The translations under genes and the position numbers were made by a program. A DNA stretch of 64,000 bases from Laetmonice hystrix (Eukaryota): positions 18,600,001-18,664,000 of the forward strand of contig OZ249439.1 in assembly GCA_965235115.1 (NCBI GenBank). Reading direction: 5' to 3'. Of the stretch, positions 11,620 through 22,733 are shown piece after piece. The notes beneath the pieces are model-generated. The model was not told the origin of the DNA. It searched no databases and saw only the letters and a list, made by a program, of their open reading frames with translations. The first letter of the stretch is position 1. Every line of letters begins with the position of its first letter.

Positions 11620-12058
11620 GGTCGTAGTAGTAATAGTAGTTAACCTAGGTGAATTTCTCGCTCAGTTTTCAAGATATCTGGATGAAACTTTCAGGCAGGA
11701 TACATCGAAGACCTCGACATATGATGGAATACGTCATGTGACGTCATGACGTCACGATATTACGTCATAAATTTGGCTACTTTTGGTATCACGTGGTACA
11801 TTTCCAGTGAGAGATAGACAAAAGTTATTCATGCCATCTTACTAAGCACTAATATTTCTATCATTTGCCATATACATTTGACCTTTGACCATTGACCTTT
11901 ACTGACATACAGGTCACAACGTTCAAAAGAGTCAAAATGTATCTCCTTCAGTTTTGAAGAATCTTCTCCAAATTTGGTATATACCTTCTCCATAACGCCC
12001 AATCATTTTTTCTCTCCACGGTTGTATCCATAGCCATTCCCTCATGGGCAATTATTCT
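11620..12058 (+). mobile_element. Probable non-autonomous interspersed element of the Helentron-associated (HINE/DINE-1-like) type
   Basis: Begins in a (TAG)n-like microsatellite and contains TGACCTTTGACC/TTGACCTT repeats and a GTGACGTCATGACGTCAC palindrome. It ends with a degenerate short hairpin ATT-CCC-TCAT-GGG-C-AAT followed by T-rich sequence. The class assignment comes from remembered architecture of invertebrate HINEs, not from a search. Confidence 0.45.
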
Positions 12059-12696
12059 TAAAAGTGACTTAAAGTTAAACTTAACCTAGAAAGAACATTT
12101 TTGACTGGTACTCATCAGTCACTGCCCAAGAATTTTTGACATAAGACAGGGGACTGATGAGTGCCGGATCTCGGGGACATTTGTAGACCCGGGAATATTG
12201 ACGCCAGGCGTTGACTGGTCACACCTTGGCTACACCTTGGCCGCAACGAAGTGTCTTGGATGACCTTATATTGACGACTAGCCCAGCCTGTGTCACTTTA
12301 ATGTCAGCGCGTGTCAACGTATGTGGACCGCCCCAAGTTGTAACAGAGGGGGACAGTAGGTTGACCATTTGAATTGTTTACAACTAAGCGAAGCACGTGA
12401 CTAAGCACATGCAGAGAGTGCACACACAGGATGTGACACAGTACGCGATTACACGGCTTGGTGGGAGGTTGTCTACCAAATTATGGCGGGAGATGTGCTA
12501 TCGGGAGAAATCTATGCGTTTGGTCGTATAGAACCTACTTGTGCTGCATACGCAGCGAAAACACGTCGGATAACAAAATGCTGTGGTAGGATTATTTACT
12601 TAGATGCCTAGTACACGGTCATGTTGGATAATTGCCGTAAATCCTCAAAAACGTATTCAATAGCATGCCCCTTTAACGCCGCATTTGGGGTTTTAC

Positions 12697-12836
12697 GCCT
12701 TGCCTTCGGGAAGGAACTGATTGAAAAACCTTTCACACATGCAGCCCTGGCCGGTGATCGAACCCGGACCGAAGTGGTGTGAGGCGATGGTCCTATGTGT
12801 CATGAGCACCTTAGACCGCTCGGCCACCCGAGCCCC
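12697..12836 (-). mobile_element. Truncated tRNA-derived SINE (Pol III head plus partial body)
   Basis: Minus strand reads GGGGCTCGGGTGGCCGAGCGGTCTAAGGTGCT...GGGTTCGATCACCGGCCAGGGC-TGCATGTGTGAAAGGTTTTTCAATCAG. A-box TGGCCGAGCGG is at 12816-12826 and B-box GGTTCGATC at 12756-12764. There is no pairable anticodon arm, so it is not a functional tRNA. Confidence 0.8.
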
Positions 12837-14178
12837 CCACCACACACCATACTCCAAACACGGGTTTGAAATTACTACTCTATAGAGTCTGTCCGTTTTG
12901 TCTGCATCGAGGAATATAGAGAAACAGATGACCAAAGGAAAATGATATATTTTTCAATATCTGCATATATATATTGATTAGCAGTAGTAAAATGCAGGCC
13001 ATGTATCAGAAAGGAAATGAATTGCTTTTTTTTAAATGTTTGATTTTAATATCTTAGCTGGGTCCATTTGACATATTCAAATCAGGGGTGTGTGGAAGAA
13101 AGTAGAATATACATTTGAGGCAACCAGTTTTTGTCACAACGTCTTGTATTTTAAGTATGCACATGTATCGATAATCAGTGCAAAGTGATATAACAATCCC
13201 TTTCAAGTCTTCTTGTCGGGAACTTGTGTCTTTTTTCACGCAGTGCTTCACTCCTCCAGATTTTTACTGTTGATAACAGATCCCATTACATCACCCTGAA
13301 TATTGGCTACAAAAGCAATCAAAGAATGCTAAAATACAACTTTTGTACCCACCCACCCACAGCTTGCTGCCAGTATAGATTAACGGCAAAGATGGATGGC
13401 ATGGGAATTTGTTTCCATGGAAACTTGACATGTGTCAACTTTGTGTATAAACATTGCCGCCTCCAATGTTTAACACTGTGTTCTTTTGTCTGGCTCAGGT
13501 TCGGGCAAGGAGTTACCTTACACCGAGCACGCGGAGTACCCACACGGCCTAGGGTGTGAAGGTTATCCAAGGTGGGTGTTTTCTTCTTCCGCTGTTTATT
13601 TTTTCATGTATGATTCATAGTGTAGCCTACACAAGGCGGCCTTTCTGACAATTTAATCCTTCAAGGAATAACTGGTGTCTATGAAATATCTACTGCTTAT
13701 TGAAGGTTACGGTATTATGTGTAGACCTCTCTATCAGGATAGTTAGAGTGATTGATCCGAGAGTAAATGTGAGTGTAGTACAAATCCTGTTATAGCAGGA
13801 ACTATGTAAGTGTGGGTATCACGTTCACTGTATGAAGAGTGAGTGGTAAGTATCCAGTCGGTGTAACGATTAGGCAGGTACATTGTATATAAAGTAATGT
13901 CTAGATATTATCGTGAATGAACCAGACTGCCTGAGTCGGGTTCCATTGTGAATTTCTATACCGAACACACAAAGCCTGGCTGGACTGATTGAAAACTTTT
14001 ATTGGTGTAATCAATCATAAAGTCTCAATACCTGTGATATCTGCCTGTGCTGTATAATCACGTTAGACCTTCACTTGAATAGGTTCCCGTGTAGGTTTAC
14101 ACATTGGAGCGTTTGCTACATCAGTCATTGCGATCTTGATCTTTTTGTGCCAGTACCTAAGCTAATTGAACCGTATAA

Positions 14179-14252
14179 TTAATCCACAGGCCTTATCAGT
14201 TCCTCTGATGTTAGGATGTTATCGTCCATATGTGAGTCAGCTGCCAGCGTAC
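14179..14252 (-). CDS. Candidate third/terminal exon of a compact gene ((S)TLAADSHMDDNILTSEELIRPVD*)
   Basis: Acceptor gctttgtttacag|GT. The phase-1 start matches the upstream donor, implying a 102-nt intron. Stop TAA at 14179-14181. Confidence 0.4.
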
Positions 14253-14354
14253 CTGTAAACAAAGCACCTACCCGTGTCAACGTATGAATACCTTATGTAC
14301 GATGCTTAATAACTGAGTAACAATACAGAGAGAGGCAGGCCACTCATAACTAAC

Positions 14355-14455
14355 TGATGAGCTTTGCCCCGTGCGGGGGGAAGTCCGACGACTGCGCCAT
14401 CTGGTAGTAGAAAAACGAAGCGTCGGGGTAGGTGAATGTCACGGTGACATCCGAA
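14355..14455 (-). CDS. Candidate internal exon ((R)SDVTVTFTYPDASFFYYQMAQSSDFPPHGAKLI)
   Basis: Acceptor ctgtcatctgtcactcag|T and donor TCA|gttagt. Strongly C/G-ending codons (ACC TAC CCC GAC TTC TAC TAC CAG). Lies within ORF 14350..14550. Confidence 0.58.
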
Positions 14456-14550
14456 CTGAGTGACAGATGACAGTCAGCGTACCGTGTCGACATTCGCGTT
14501 AACCAAACACTGTTAGGTGTCAAGTGAAGCGCGAAGACAACACAACTCAC

Positions 14551-14690
14551 CGACAGTGACCAGGGTTCACCAGTTCAGGACAGGCGGACATGGCCAGCTG
14601 TAGTAACCTTGACCGCTTGACCATACCCTTAACGACATCATCATCATCCCGAGGTTTACGGGTCGATCCATTGACCAAAACGGGGCCCAT
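14551..14690 (-). CDS. Candidate first coding exon (MGPVLVNGSTRKPRDDDDVVKGMVKRSRLLQLAMSACPELVNPGHC(R))
   Basis: ATG at 14690 follows an in-frame TAA, and the donor TCG|gtgagt is strong. Phase 2 matches the next exon across a 95-nt intron. The true 5' boundary is uncertain. Confidence 0.5.
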
Positions 14691-16398
14691 CAAAGATTAA
14701 ATCAAAAGGCATTATTCAGTCGGATCTGTATAAATCGACGAATGAGGACGTTATTTAAACTGTCATGAAAGGAAGCCGAGACAACGTGTAACTCAAGCAG
14801 AGTTTCAATCACTAAAGTCGGAAAGTTGGGACGTGGTTTCAGGCCATTCATAAACATGTCGGCATGTAGCCTTAAATAAAGTATGAATCTCTCTTTGATG
14901 TATAGTAAATAACGATTCTGGATGTGTTTAAAAGCATCGGCCTTTCCGGGGCTTTCAAGTGTGGTAATATTTATATAACATCAAGAGACACTGATAGGTC
15001 GACATCTTTTTTATGTGTATACATTAAATTTGCTATCATTAACGTTGTTCTATCGTTCTCATACAAGGTTAACGTGTGATATTTTGGTTGGTTGCTAACG
15101 TGTGCTCAGATTTAGAGATTATATTTGGTTAATTGCTAAAATCAAGTACTAGAATCAACCCACACAGCTGTATGTTACTGTATGTAGGCTGAGGTGGACA
15201 CCCAGCCAATTGTTTCAGTGAGTGTGATTGAGTTATGAGTTATCCGCAACCATTAGTTTACTAAGCTGACCTGTTCTTGTTGGATTGAATATTGGATTCA
15301 CCAGCTTTTGGAGCGGCCAACGGTGGACCCGAATTAATCCCCTGATTGGTTGTGTTGATCAGACAGTTAATCAAAGCTAAGGAGGACACTTAATGGGAGG
15401 GCTGGGCCGTTTGTTTACCGTAACATATGTCGAATACAACGTGTTACAGTAATTACATTGCACTGTGGGGAGTCCATACAACTCCCACCACCACCCACCT
15501 GGCACCCACCCAGGCTGGGCCTGACGCCGGGAAAGGTAGACATCAGGTAAAAGGTGGATACTTGAGGTTGACAGGTATCCCAATATATCCTTTGATGTCT
15601 GATGAGATTAGACTTTTTCACACCTAACTGGGTCGCTATTAAATCCTCGTGGTGAGAGGTTAATGATGGCTTTATTTGAGAGAGGCGCTATCCCTGTCCG
15701 ACCCCTGGCAGCAGGGTAATTAGCAGTTAATTTAGCAGCTAATATCCCGGGGTGTGTGGGCCGGCCAGTGGGGACAATTGGCCGGACGGACCCGTCCTCC
15801 AGGTCTCATTTAGTTGGTCATCTCGTCCGAGCTTGGCGGACCGAGGCCGTACGTCTGCCGCCAGGTAAACCATTACGTTGTGTTAGTCGGTGTGGACGTG
15901 TCAGCCTTCATTCAACAGGCTCCATCAGCTCAGGTCTGTCCGAGGTCAGGTACGGTCACTATGAACGTTACGGTTACATATGTTAACACACAGGACGGCG
16001 GTCAGTCAGCTTGACGGCTCCATGTCAGGAGATCACCCGACCGACCACAGGACAGGACATTAATACATTAATGGGAGTATTTATTTCGGCTGCGTACCTA
16101 CACATCGAGCTTTGTTGTCCTCAGTGATGGAAACCACCTCCATCGACATGCCTACCTGTGTGTGGCAGCCTGACCAAATAGCCGTTAAGGATCTACTCCA
16201 GCTGGTAATGGTCGTGTAGATGTGTGGACACCTGGAGGTACTCAACGCCCCCACCGCCCCCCCCCCCCCCCACCGACCAGGCCAGCTCCAGAATCCCGCC
16301 GGGAAGGGACTCGCGTTACCCCTGGAGGCACCAACTTCCCACGCCCGTGTGAACGTAATACCGAAAGGACTTCAGGTCTAGGAGGCGGACCAGCAGGC

Positions 16399-16529
16399 GA
16401 CGGTGTGGGTGGGTCCGGTCCAGCAGGGCGGTGACGTGCTGACCGGGGCCAGGGGACGGCGTGGGTGGGTCCGTCCCAGCAGGGCGGTGACGTGCTGACC
16501 GGGGCCAGGGGACGGCGTGGGTGGGTCCC
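16399..16529 (+). repeat. GC-rich tandem duplication, about 2.3 copies of a 56-bp unit
   Basis: CAGCAGGGCGGTGACGTGCTGACCGGGGCCAGGGGACGGCGTGGGTGGGTCCGTCC at 16421-16476 repeats from 16477. A partial tail copy lies at 16399-16420. Confidence 0.92.
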
Positions 16530-18205
16530 AGCCGGCCGGGCGGTGATCGGCGCCGGGGGGGGGGGGGGAGGTCCCAGCAGTCATCTTGACGGTGGCGTGG
16601 TCACTGGTGGCAGCGGCACCAGGAGGTGGCCGTGTCATGAACAGAACCCTTGTCGTCAGCTGCTGGACTGACCAGCATGGAGCTGAGAGAATGCCCGGAA
16701 ACGCTATCGTTCACTTCTCACAAAGGTAGTCAACCTCTTCTCAGATCTAAACGCAATTGTCGCTTAGCATTTCAGGTGCAGGCATCTGATTGTTGATTTA
16801 TAGTTCGTTTAATTATTGTGTCTTGTTAAGTTGCAGACCGAATATATGTTAAGTGAGTCTCTGGTTAAAGTAGTGGAGTCTGTCCTAGATATAGACAGGG
16901 AGGATGGGGTTTGTTCTTAATCACTGGTATGCGTGACCTAAAGTTAGATAAATATTTTACTGGGCACACCCGCCTCTCGAAGACTCCTTGGACGTTTATG
17001 ATGTTTGCCCAGTCCCTATACAAGAACCGTTTAAAAACACATTATTTGAGGAATAGAAAAAGAGGCAGCAGGTTAGATTACTCTCTTTGTACACACTAGG
17101 TGGAGCACTCAGGTTTCGACATTTAGTGCTAAAGTGAGGGTTTTCGGTGCTCGGTCAGGGTATTGTATATCTCTGTACCGATTAGATAAGTGTCACAACC
17201 TTTTTGAGTCACGCTCCCCCATCGTTATCTTTATATGACAACATCTGTCTTTGGTATGGCAAACAGTGTTCATTTCAGATATCGTATGGCAGATGATATG
17301 ATATATTTGATGTATTCTTAGGGTGTCTGTATATCAAAAAGAAGTCCGAAATGGTCGCTCAATTTCGCACCCATGTTTCAAAAGGTTCCATAAATATTTG
17401 CATAAAAGGAGCGTTACATATTTTGCCGTGTGTCACGCTCCGGTACGTGTTATCAAGAACAATACACAATGTGGGGTACCAGCATGTCAGCAGTATGGTG
17501 TTACATGTTTAGTGTTTTCTCTTCGGTTGCCGGTGTAGATCAGATAATGTTTTCATAGGGGAAGAAAGACAAAGCTAAATCTGTTCATTGCGAGCCATTT
17601 CTCAGCCATCTGGCTCGGGTTTGTCGTGTGCTAGCAGCATTGCTGGAAATGCGCTTCGAAAGCAAAGATATACATCGTCTTCTCTGAAGAGAAATACACC
17701 TAGACCACCTTATCATGCCCCAAGGCTAACCTCTTCTATTGCTTTTAAAGCTTAGTGTGTCATAGTTTTGACAGTCAAATTACATGCAAAAGCATATTTT
17801 TCCGTAATAAGGGCGATTTTACCTTAATTTGTGTAGGTATAATAAAGTTGCCAGCAATTATTCCTAATCAACGACCAACAAAATATTACGATGGATTCTG
17901 CCTACATTTGAATGTGTACCTCGTGCAGTGGATTGGTTAACATCATGAGTTGGGTACATATGCTGGATATTATATTGAAACACCTGCTGCGGAGAGATTG
18001 CAAATATCTCCTTCCATTGACTGACGAATAGCTATGGGAAATAACTCCTCCTCGTGAGACGTTTTTTTTTATGGAGACATAGTGAAATCTATCTCCGACC
18101 GGTCTGGGTGTATTTCCCTGACCTGTGTGGTTGGCTCTGTGAATTGCTGTCCAGGAAACATTTCAGAAATCCATTAAGATGATCACGATAACCGAGTGGT
18201 CATAC

Positions 18206-18294
18206 TGCGGCGTCTGTTAGCACGTCTTGCTATCCGTCGGATAACGTCTGTAAAGGTAGCCACGTTTGTGTATAAAAGTCTGGAGAATTCTTCC
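18206..18294 (-). CDS. Candidate isolated exon ((R)EEFSRLLYTNVATFTDVIRRIARRANRRR)
   Basis: Acceptor tttgttttcaaag|G and donor GCA|gtatga. 89 nt, within ORF 18183..18398. Partner exons are not established. Confidence 0.33.
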
Positions 18295-21200
18295 CTTTGA
18301 AAACAAACTGCCTGCTGTGACCAGTGGGACACTGACGTCAGAGTTGGACATTTTAGATCCAAGTCCACTTTCAAATGTAATCGATGGTGGTGTACCATAT
18401 TTGAGAACTATGCCAAACTATGTGGCTTGCAAATATAAAAATAGTGTCTGGGACTGTTAGAACTAAGGCTGACAAAATATAAGATAATGGTAAGACAACA
18501 GTGTCACGACCAGTTACCTTTTTTTTTGGGGGGGGGGGGCAAGCCTGAAGCCAGGACCCGTCCATCTCTGGTTAGCCTATGCTCCCTGCCCCCTCTGGTC
18601 TGACCCCTGAATCCTGCCACTGAGTATCTATAGAAGGAGAACTAAAGACTACTAGTACACGTATATGGGGATCTACTTTAGCAATGAGTGGCCGGTTTCC
18701 CGATAAAAAGCTTTAATGAAAGTCTCCTATAGATTGGCGATATTCACATTGCGTAGAAAAGTTTTGGTCGTTCAGAATAATTTGCTCATCCCGGCTTCTA
18801 AAGGATTAGTCAACTGTCAATCCAGCAATGGGAGACTTTGAATGTCAAGAGTATAAGATACTTGGAGTACCAAATCATTATCGGTAAAGGTGGATTAACT
18901 GTGCAGCTCGTGCCCGTTTGTCTATACCCAAGAGTGCCTGCACTATCTCCTACAGTAACACTCATTTTATCAGTTCAGGGGTCCGTGTTAAACTAGTGTA
19001 GGATTGAAGCACTTACAGCAATCCACATGGGACGTACGGGGTGTGTTGGCTGTTACATTTGGCACGTTCTACGTAAAGTCTACTTCCCAGTCGGCACGGA
19101 AATCATCAGCATTGTCACAGATGTCAAAGGTTAAGCGGTAGGCGCCAAACTGGAATGGGGAAGTGAGAATGTGCAGCTTGGATTGTCTACTTATTGTGGC
19201 CGTGCTTAATCGGATGTGAGACTGATAACTGCTGCGGTGGTTGGAAGGGTGCTCTCAATGTATTCCTACGTCAAAAGTCATTTGTGCGCAGCAGTCATTG
19301 CGCACATTCATCATCCTGCTAGCCTGGTATCAATCTTCAGTCTAGAAATGAGGATTTCCAGGGTGGGAACAATTCTCGTGAAACCATTGTGGTCTCTTCA
19401 CGCTGAACACTGTGCCGCAGCTATTCAGGCTCTACCGATTGCTTCATTCACAGACCAGCAACTCAACTAAATAGCAATTGAAAATTTCTAATCTGCAAGA
19501 ACAACATTGCTATTGAAATCAAGTGATGAAGGGATGAGAGGGAGAGGGTTTGCACAGAGCCTGATGAATGGGATTAGAGAACTTGAAGGCTGCTATGGCT
19601 ATAGACACTGCTGAGAGGGTCTTTGGCCTTCTGAAAAGACTGTTATACTGCGGTTCCTCAACCCAATAGTGCTTGAGTGTCTGCGGCTTGTATGGACTGG
19701 CTTTGTCAGATAGTCAGAGGAATCGTGAAAGTACCAACTGAATTTCGTTTACATCGTTCATAATTGCCTTCGCCGGTTTTGCGCTTCTCATGCTAACATG
19801 CCATCAGGGCGAGAGCGAAAAGTCTTGTGACCTAGTCTTACAGGTTTGCAGGGGGTAATGGTCAGAAATTGCTGCTAATGGTCAGTAAATTCGATAGGAG
19901 TGCCCATTTGTGTAGAGAACAGTTCATGCCGATTGTCCATCTGTCCACGTAGAGCCTGTTGGCCATTAGAGCCCCTTAAGTCATTATCAAATCAATGGGG
20001 CATCGGGACAGTGTTTACCGAACACATTTGTGGCGTGGACACTAGACATGAACAGTAGGGACATTAAAGTCATTGATTTGTTTCCATGATTTGGTTCCAG
20101 TGAAAGCTACGGAGCCAAGTAAGAGGGGTTTAGACAATGCCCTTGTATGCCATCCCAAACTTACTGTCATTCTTATATGTTCAATCCAACTAGGCCTTAC
20201 AGGCGAGAAGCCTTGAATTCAGATGGTCCTATGTTTCCTAACTGTGTGAAGCATAAATTCTGACCACATGGATTTTTGTCGATGGATCATGAAAGCAACT
20301 ACTACATCACACAGTCCTTTTAGCTCGATATATCGGCATACCATGCTTCCAAACGTTCATTTCCTATACTACTTATGTCATAGCCGGAGGGTAGTGGGAG
20401 TAGCAATGGCGTAAGCAACCATGCAAGAAAATGGTCTAACCGGAGTTAACGGATGGATATAAAGGCAGGAGGTCACGCACGGCAGTTGTGACCACATGGT
20501 GTAGGCTCATAGTGGAGAGCTAGCGGAAAACTTGCAATATCTGTGTAAACTGTTGACAGAGTTAGAAATCGATACTCGTCAACCTGTCCAAGTTCTAACT
20601 GGGTGGCTCACAGCATCGTTAGCAGGACTTTGGCTGGCTCAGTCAGGGGTAGCGGCCAAGTCTGGACAGCTCGGCCAGCGTGCATCATGCCAGGCCGACC
20701 AGGCAGCAGTACATTGTCATCAATACTCGTACTACCGGTATGCCAGCGCTCAGACCCGCCGTAATCACCAGTGTGAATGGAATCTATTAGATGTAAGTGT
20801 CATAACTGCCACTGTGGACGTGTGAAAAAAATCGGCTTCTATCGCTGCGCACGTCGAGGTTTATTTTCTCTCAAACCGACATGGTCTGGCCATTAGAGGT
20901 GTGTATGGGATGAATTCAGGGTGTGGCAGTGATAAACGACATACAATCTATGTCCATCCGTCCATACCTAATCAAGATCACAGCACCCTTCCTAAGTATT
21001 TATCTGATCATTGCATTCTAGGGCCCTCTCACATCCTTCCGCTAAATAACTGTGTTTATTATAGTTATATCTGGAAATTTGTTGGCAAAACACTGTATTT
21101 AGTTGTTATTTGCTAGTGATGGGACCTGAGACGGTCCCAGTTAAAGCTATGTGCAACCAGTAAGAGAATATGGTTAGATTAAAGATGTCTATTATGTTCA

Positions 21201-21345
21201 GAACTGTTGGCATTAGGATATTTAAATCTAGAGTGATGACGAATGTTACTCTGCGTGAGCGCGCTCTATATTGCACATTAACGTCGTTACATTACTACCT
21301 TTAATCTAGGCGGCCTTGGCCTAATAATGATTCCTGGTCTGTCTG

Positions 21346-21385
21346 TCGGTCCGTCAGTCTGTCTGTGTGTCTGTCAGTCTCAGTC
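21346..21385 (+). repeat. Degenerate (CTGT)n-type microsatellite
   Basis: tctgtctgtcggtccgtcagtctgtctgtgtgtctgtcagtc, read directly. Such tracts often mark HINE-type elements (inference). Confidence 0.7.
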
Positions 21386-22627
21386 TGCCAGCATCACTTA
21401 GACAGTCGTCAGGGTAGATTTTAATGAGTGAAAACTTGCCACTACAGGGTAGAGGGATTTTCATTATTGAGGATGACGAGACTAATTACCTGCAGTGAAA
21501 CACGTCAGAGCTGTTTTTACTCAACAGACGTAAAGTAGAATATGGTGTGTGGAATATGACTCAGCCGGTATCTTCTTTCTCTTGTCTCTGGTTCAGTCGA
21601 AATGGAACCTTTGTCATCATGTATCGAAAATATCGGAGAACGTCCTCGCTGTAGTTAACAGTCCCTACACGTTATTCCTTTACTCATTACAACCCGGTTT
21701 TGTTGTGATCACAAAGCGCAGTGAAAGTGGAAAAAGTTTCAGCAAGCTGCTTGTCATCGCTATTGAAGAGGCGGCCGCCTTCAATGTACGTTTTAAATGC
21801 CCTCTTAACAGATCCCAATCAGTCAACTTGAGAATATTTGAGTTAGAGTATGGCACTTAGATGACGAGTCTAGTCATCAATAACCATAGGTTTGAGAAAC
21901 GGCTATAGCGTGTGCTTCCTATAAGTTCTAGACTAGGAACAATTACTTTGCAATTCGAGCAGTTAGTCTCTTGTTCTGGAAATCTTAATTGGCTTAATGA
22001 TTCGTTCGGCTCTAATTATGCATGTTATCAGAGTGTCACCAGATTTCCTTTTCTTGAGTGGAAGAAACATTTTTTTATTCGGGATCCACTGCTTCAGACA
22101 ATTTGTATAATTTATGGCCACACAGTTACAATTATTCATTGCATAATTTTTGATTTACTTCTTTTCTATTAGGTTTGATATCAGTCACTGTCAGGTAGAG
22201 CTACGACCATTGAAGGATACTTTTATTTAGCAAAAATATTTGGTGTTTAATGATGAAAGCGAACGTCGTGGGAGTAAAATCATTGTGGCGTGGAAGCTAT
22301 GCATTATCTTCAAAACATATAATGTGCTGATTAATTTCAAATAAGGAGCCATTGTCGCGTCAGCATTTATTAATTAGAAAGACCGTACCTCAGCGTTTCG
22401 CAGGCTGGTAAATACTGAACCTCCCCTCCATGTATTGTTAAACTCAGGGTGTGATAAACACATTGCCAACCTAGATTACTTGATGCTAGCAACTGACGGA
22501 AGAAGAAGGCACGTTAAATGAAGGTGGTGAAAACTGTGATTGGAGACTCAAGGATCTGCAATCAGTCGAGAGAGTTCATTTTAAATCCATAATGCTATGT
22601 AGGATAGAGACTGGGTATGATGGGAGC

Positions 22628-22733
22628 AGAGAGAGAGAGAGAGAGAGAGAGAGGGGAGAGGGAGAGGAAGGGAGAGGAAGGGGAGGAGGAGCAGGAGGAG
22701 CAGGAGGAGCAGGAGGAGCAGGAGGAGCAGAAG
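22628..22733 (+). repeat. Purine-rich compound microsatellite: (AG)n followed by GGAGAGGAAG repeats and about 5 copies of GGAGCAGGA
   Basis: Read directly: about 105 nt that are almost entirely purines on the + strand. Confidence 0.93.

Noticed and set aside
12697-12836. Functional tRNA-Leu/Ser gene
   Set aside because: The D-arm and T-loop motifs are present, but the anticodon arm and acceptor stem do not pair and the sequence continues into a SINE-like body.
14354-14390. Hammerhead core CTGATGAG with a downstream stem
   Set aside because: No GAAA follows the stem. The segment is better explained as the antisense of a coding exon.
19100-19260. LINE RT fragment on the minus strand (ISLTS / SPFQFG)
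   Set aside because: The motifs fall in different frames and the following DxxKAFD motif is not convincingly present.
19620-19642. Histone 3' stem-loop (minus strand GTCTTTTCAGAAGGCC)
   Set aside because: The stem does not pair as GGCTCTTTTCAGAGCC, and there is no histone ORF upstream.
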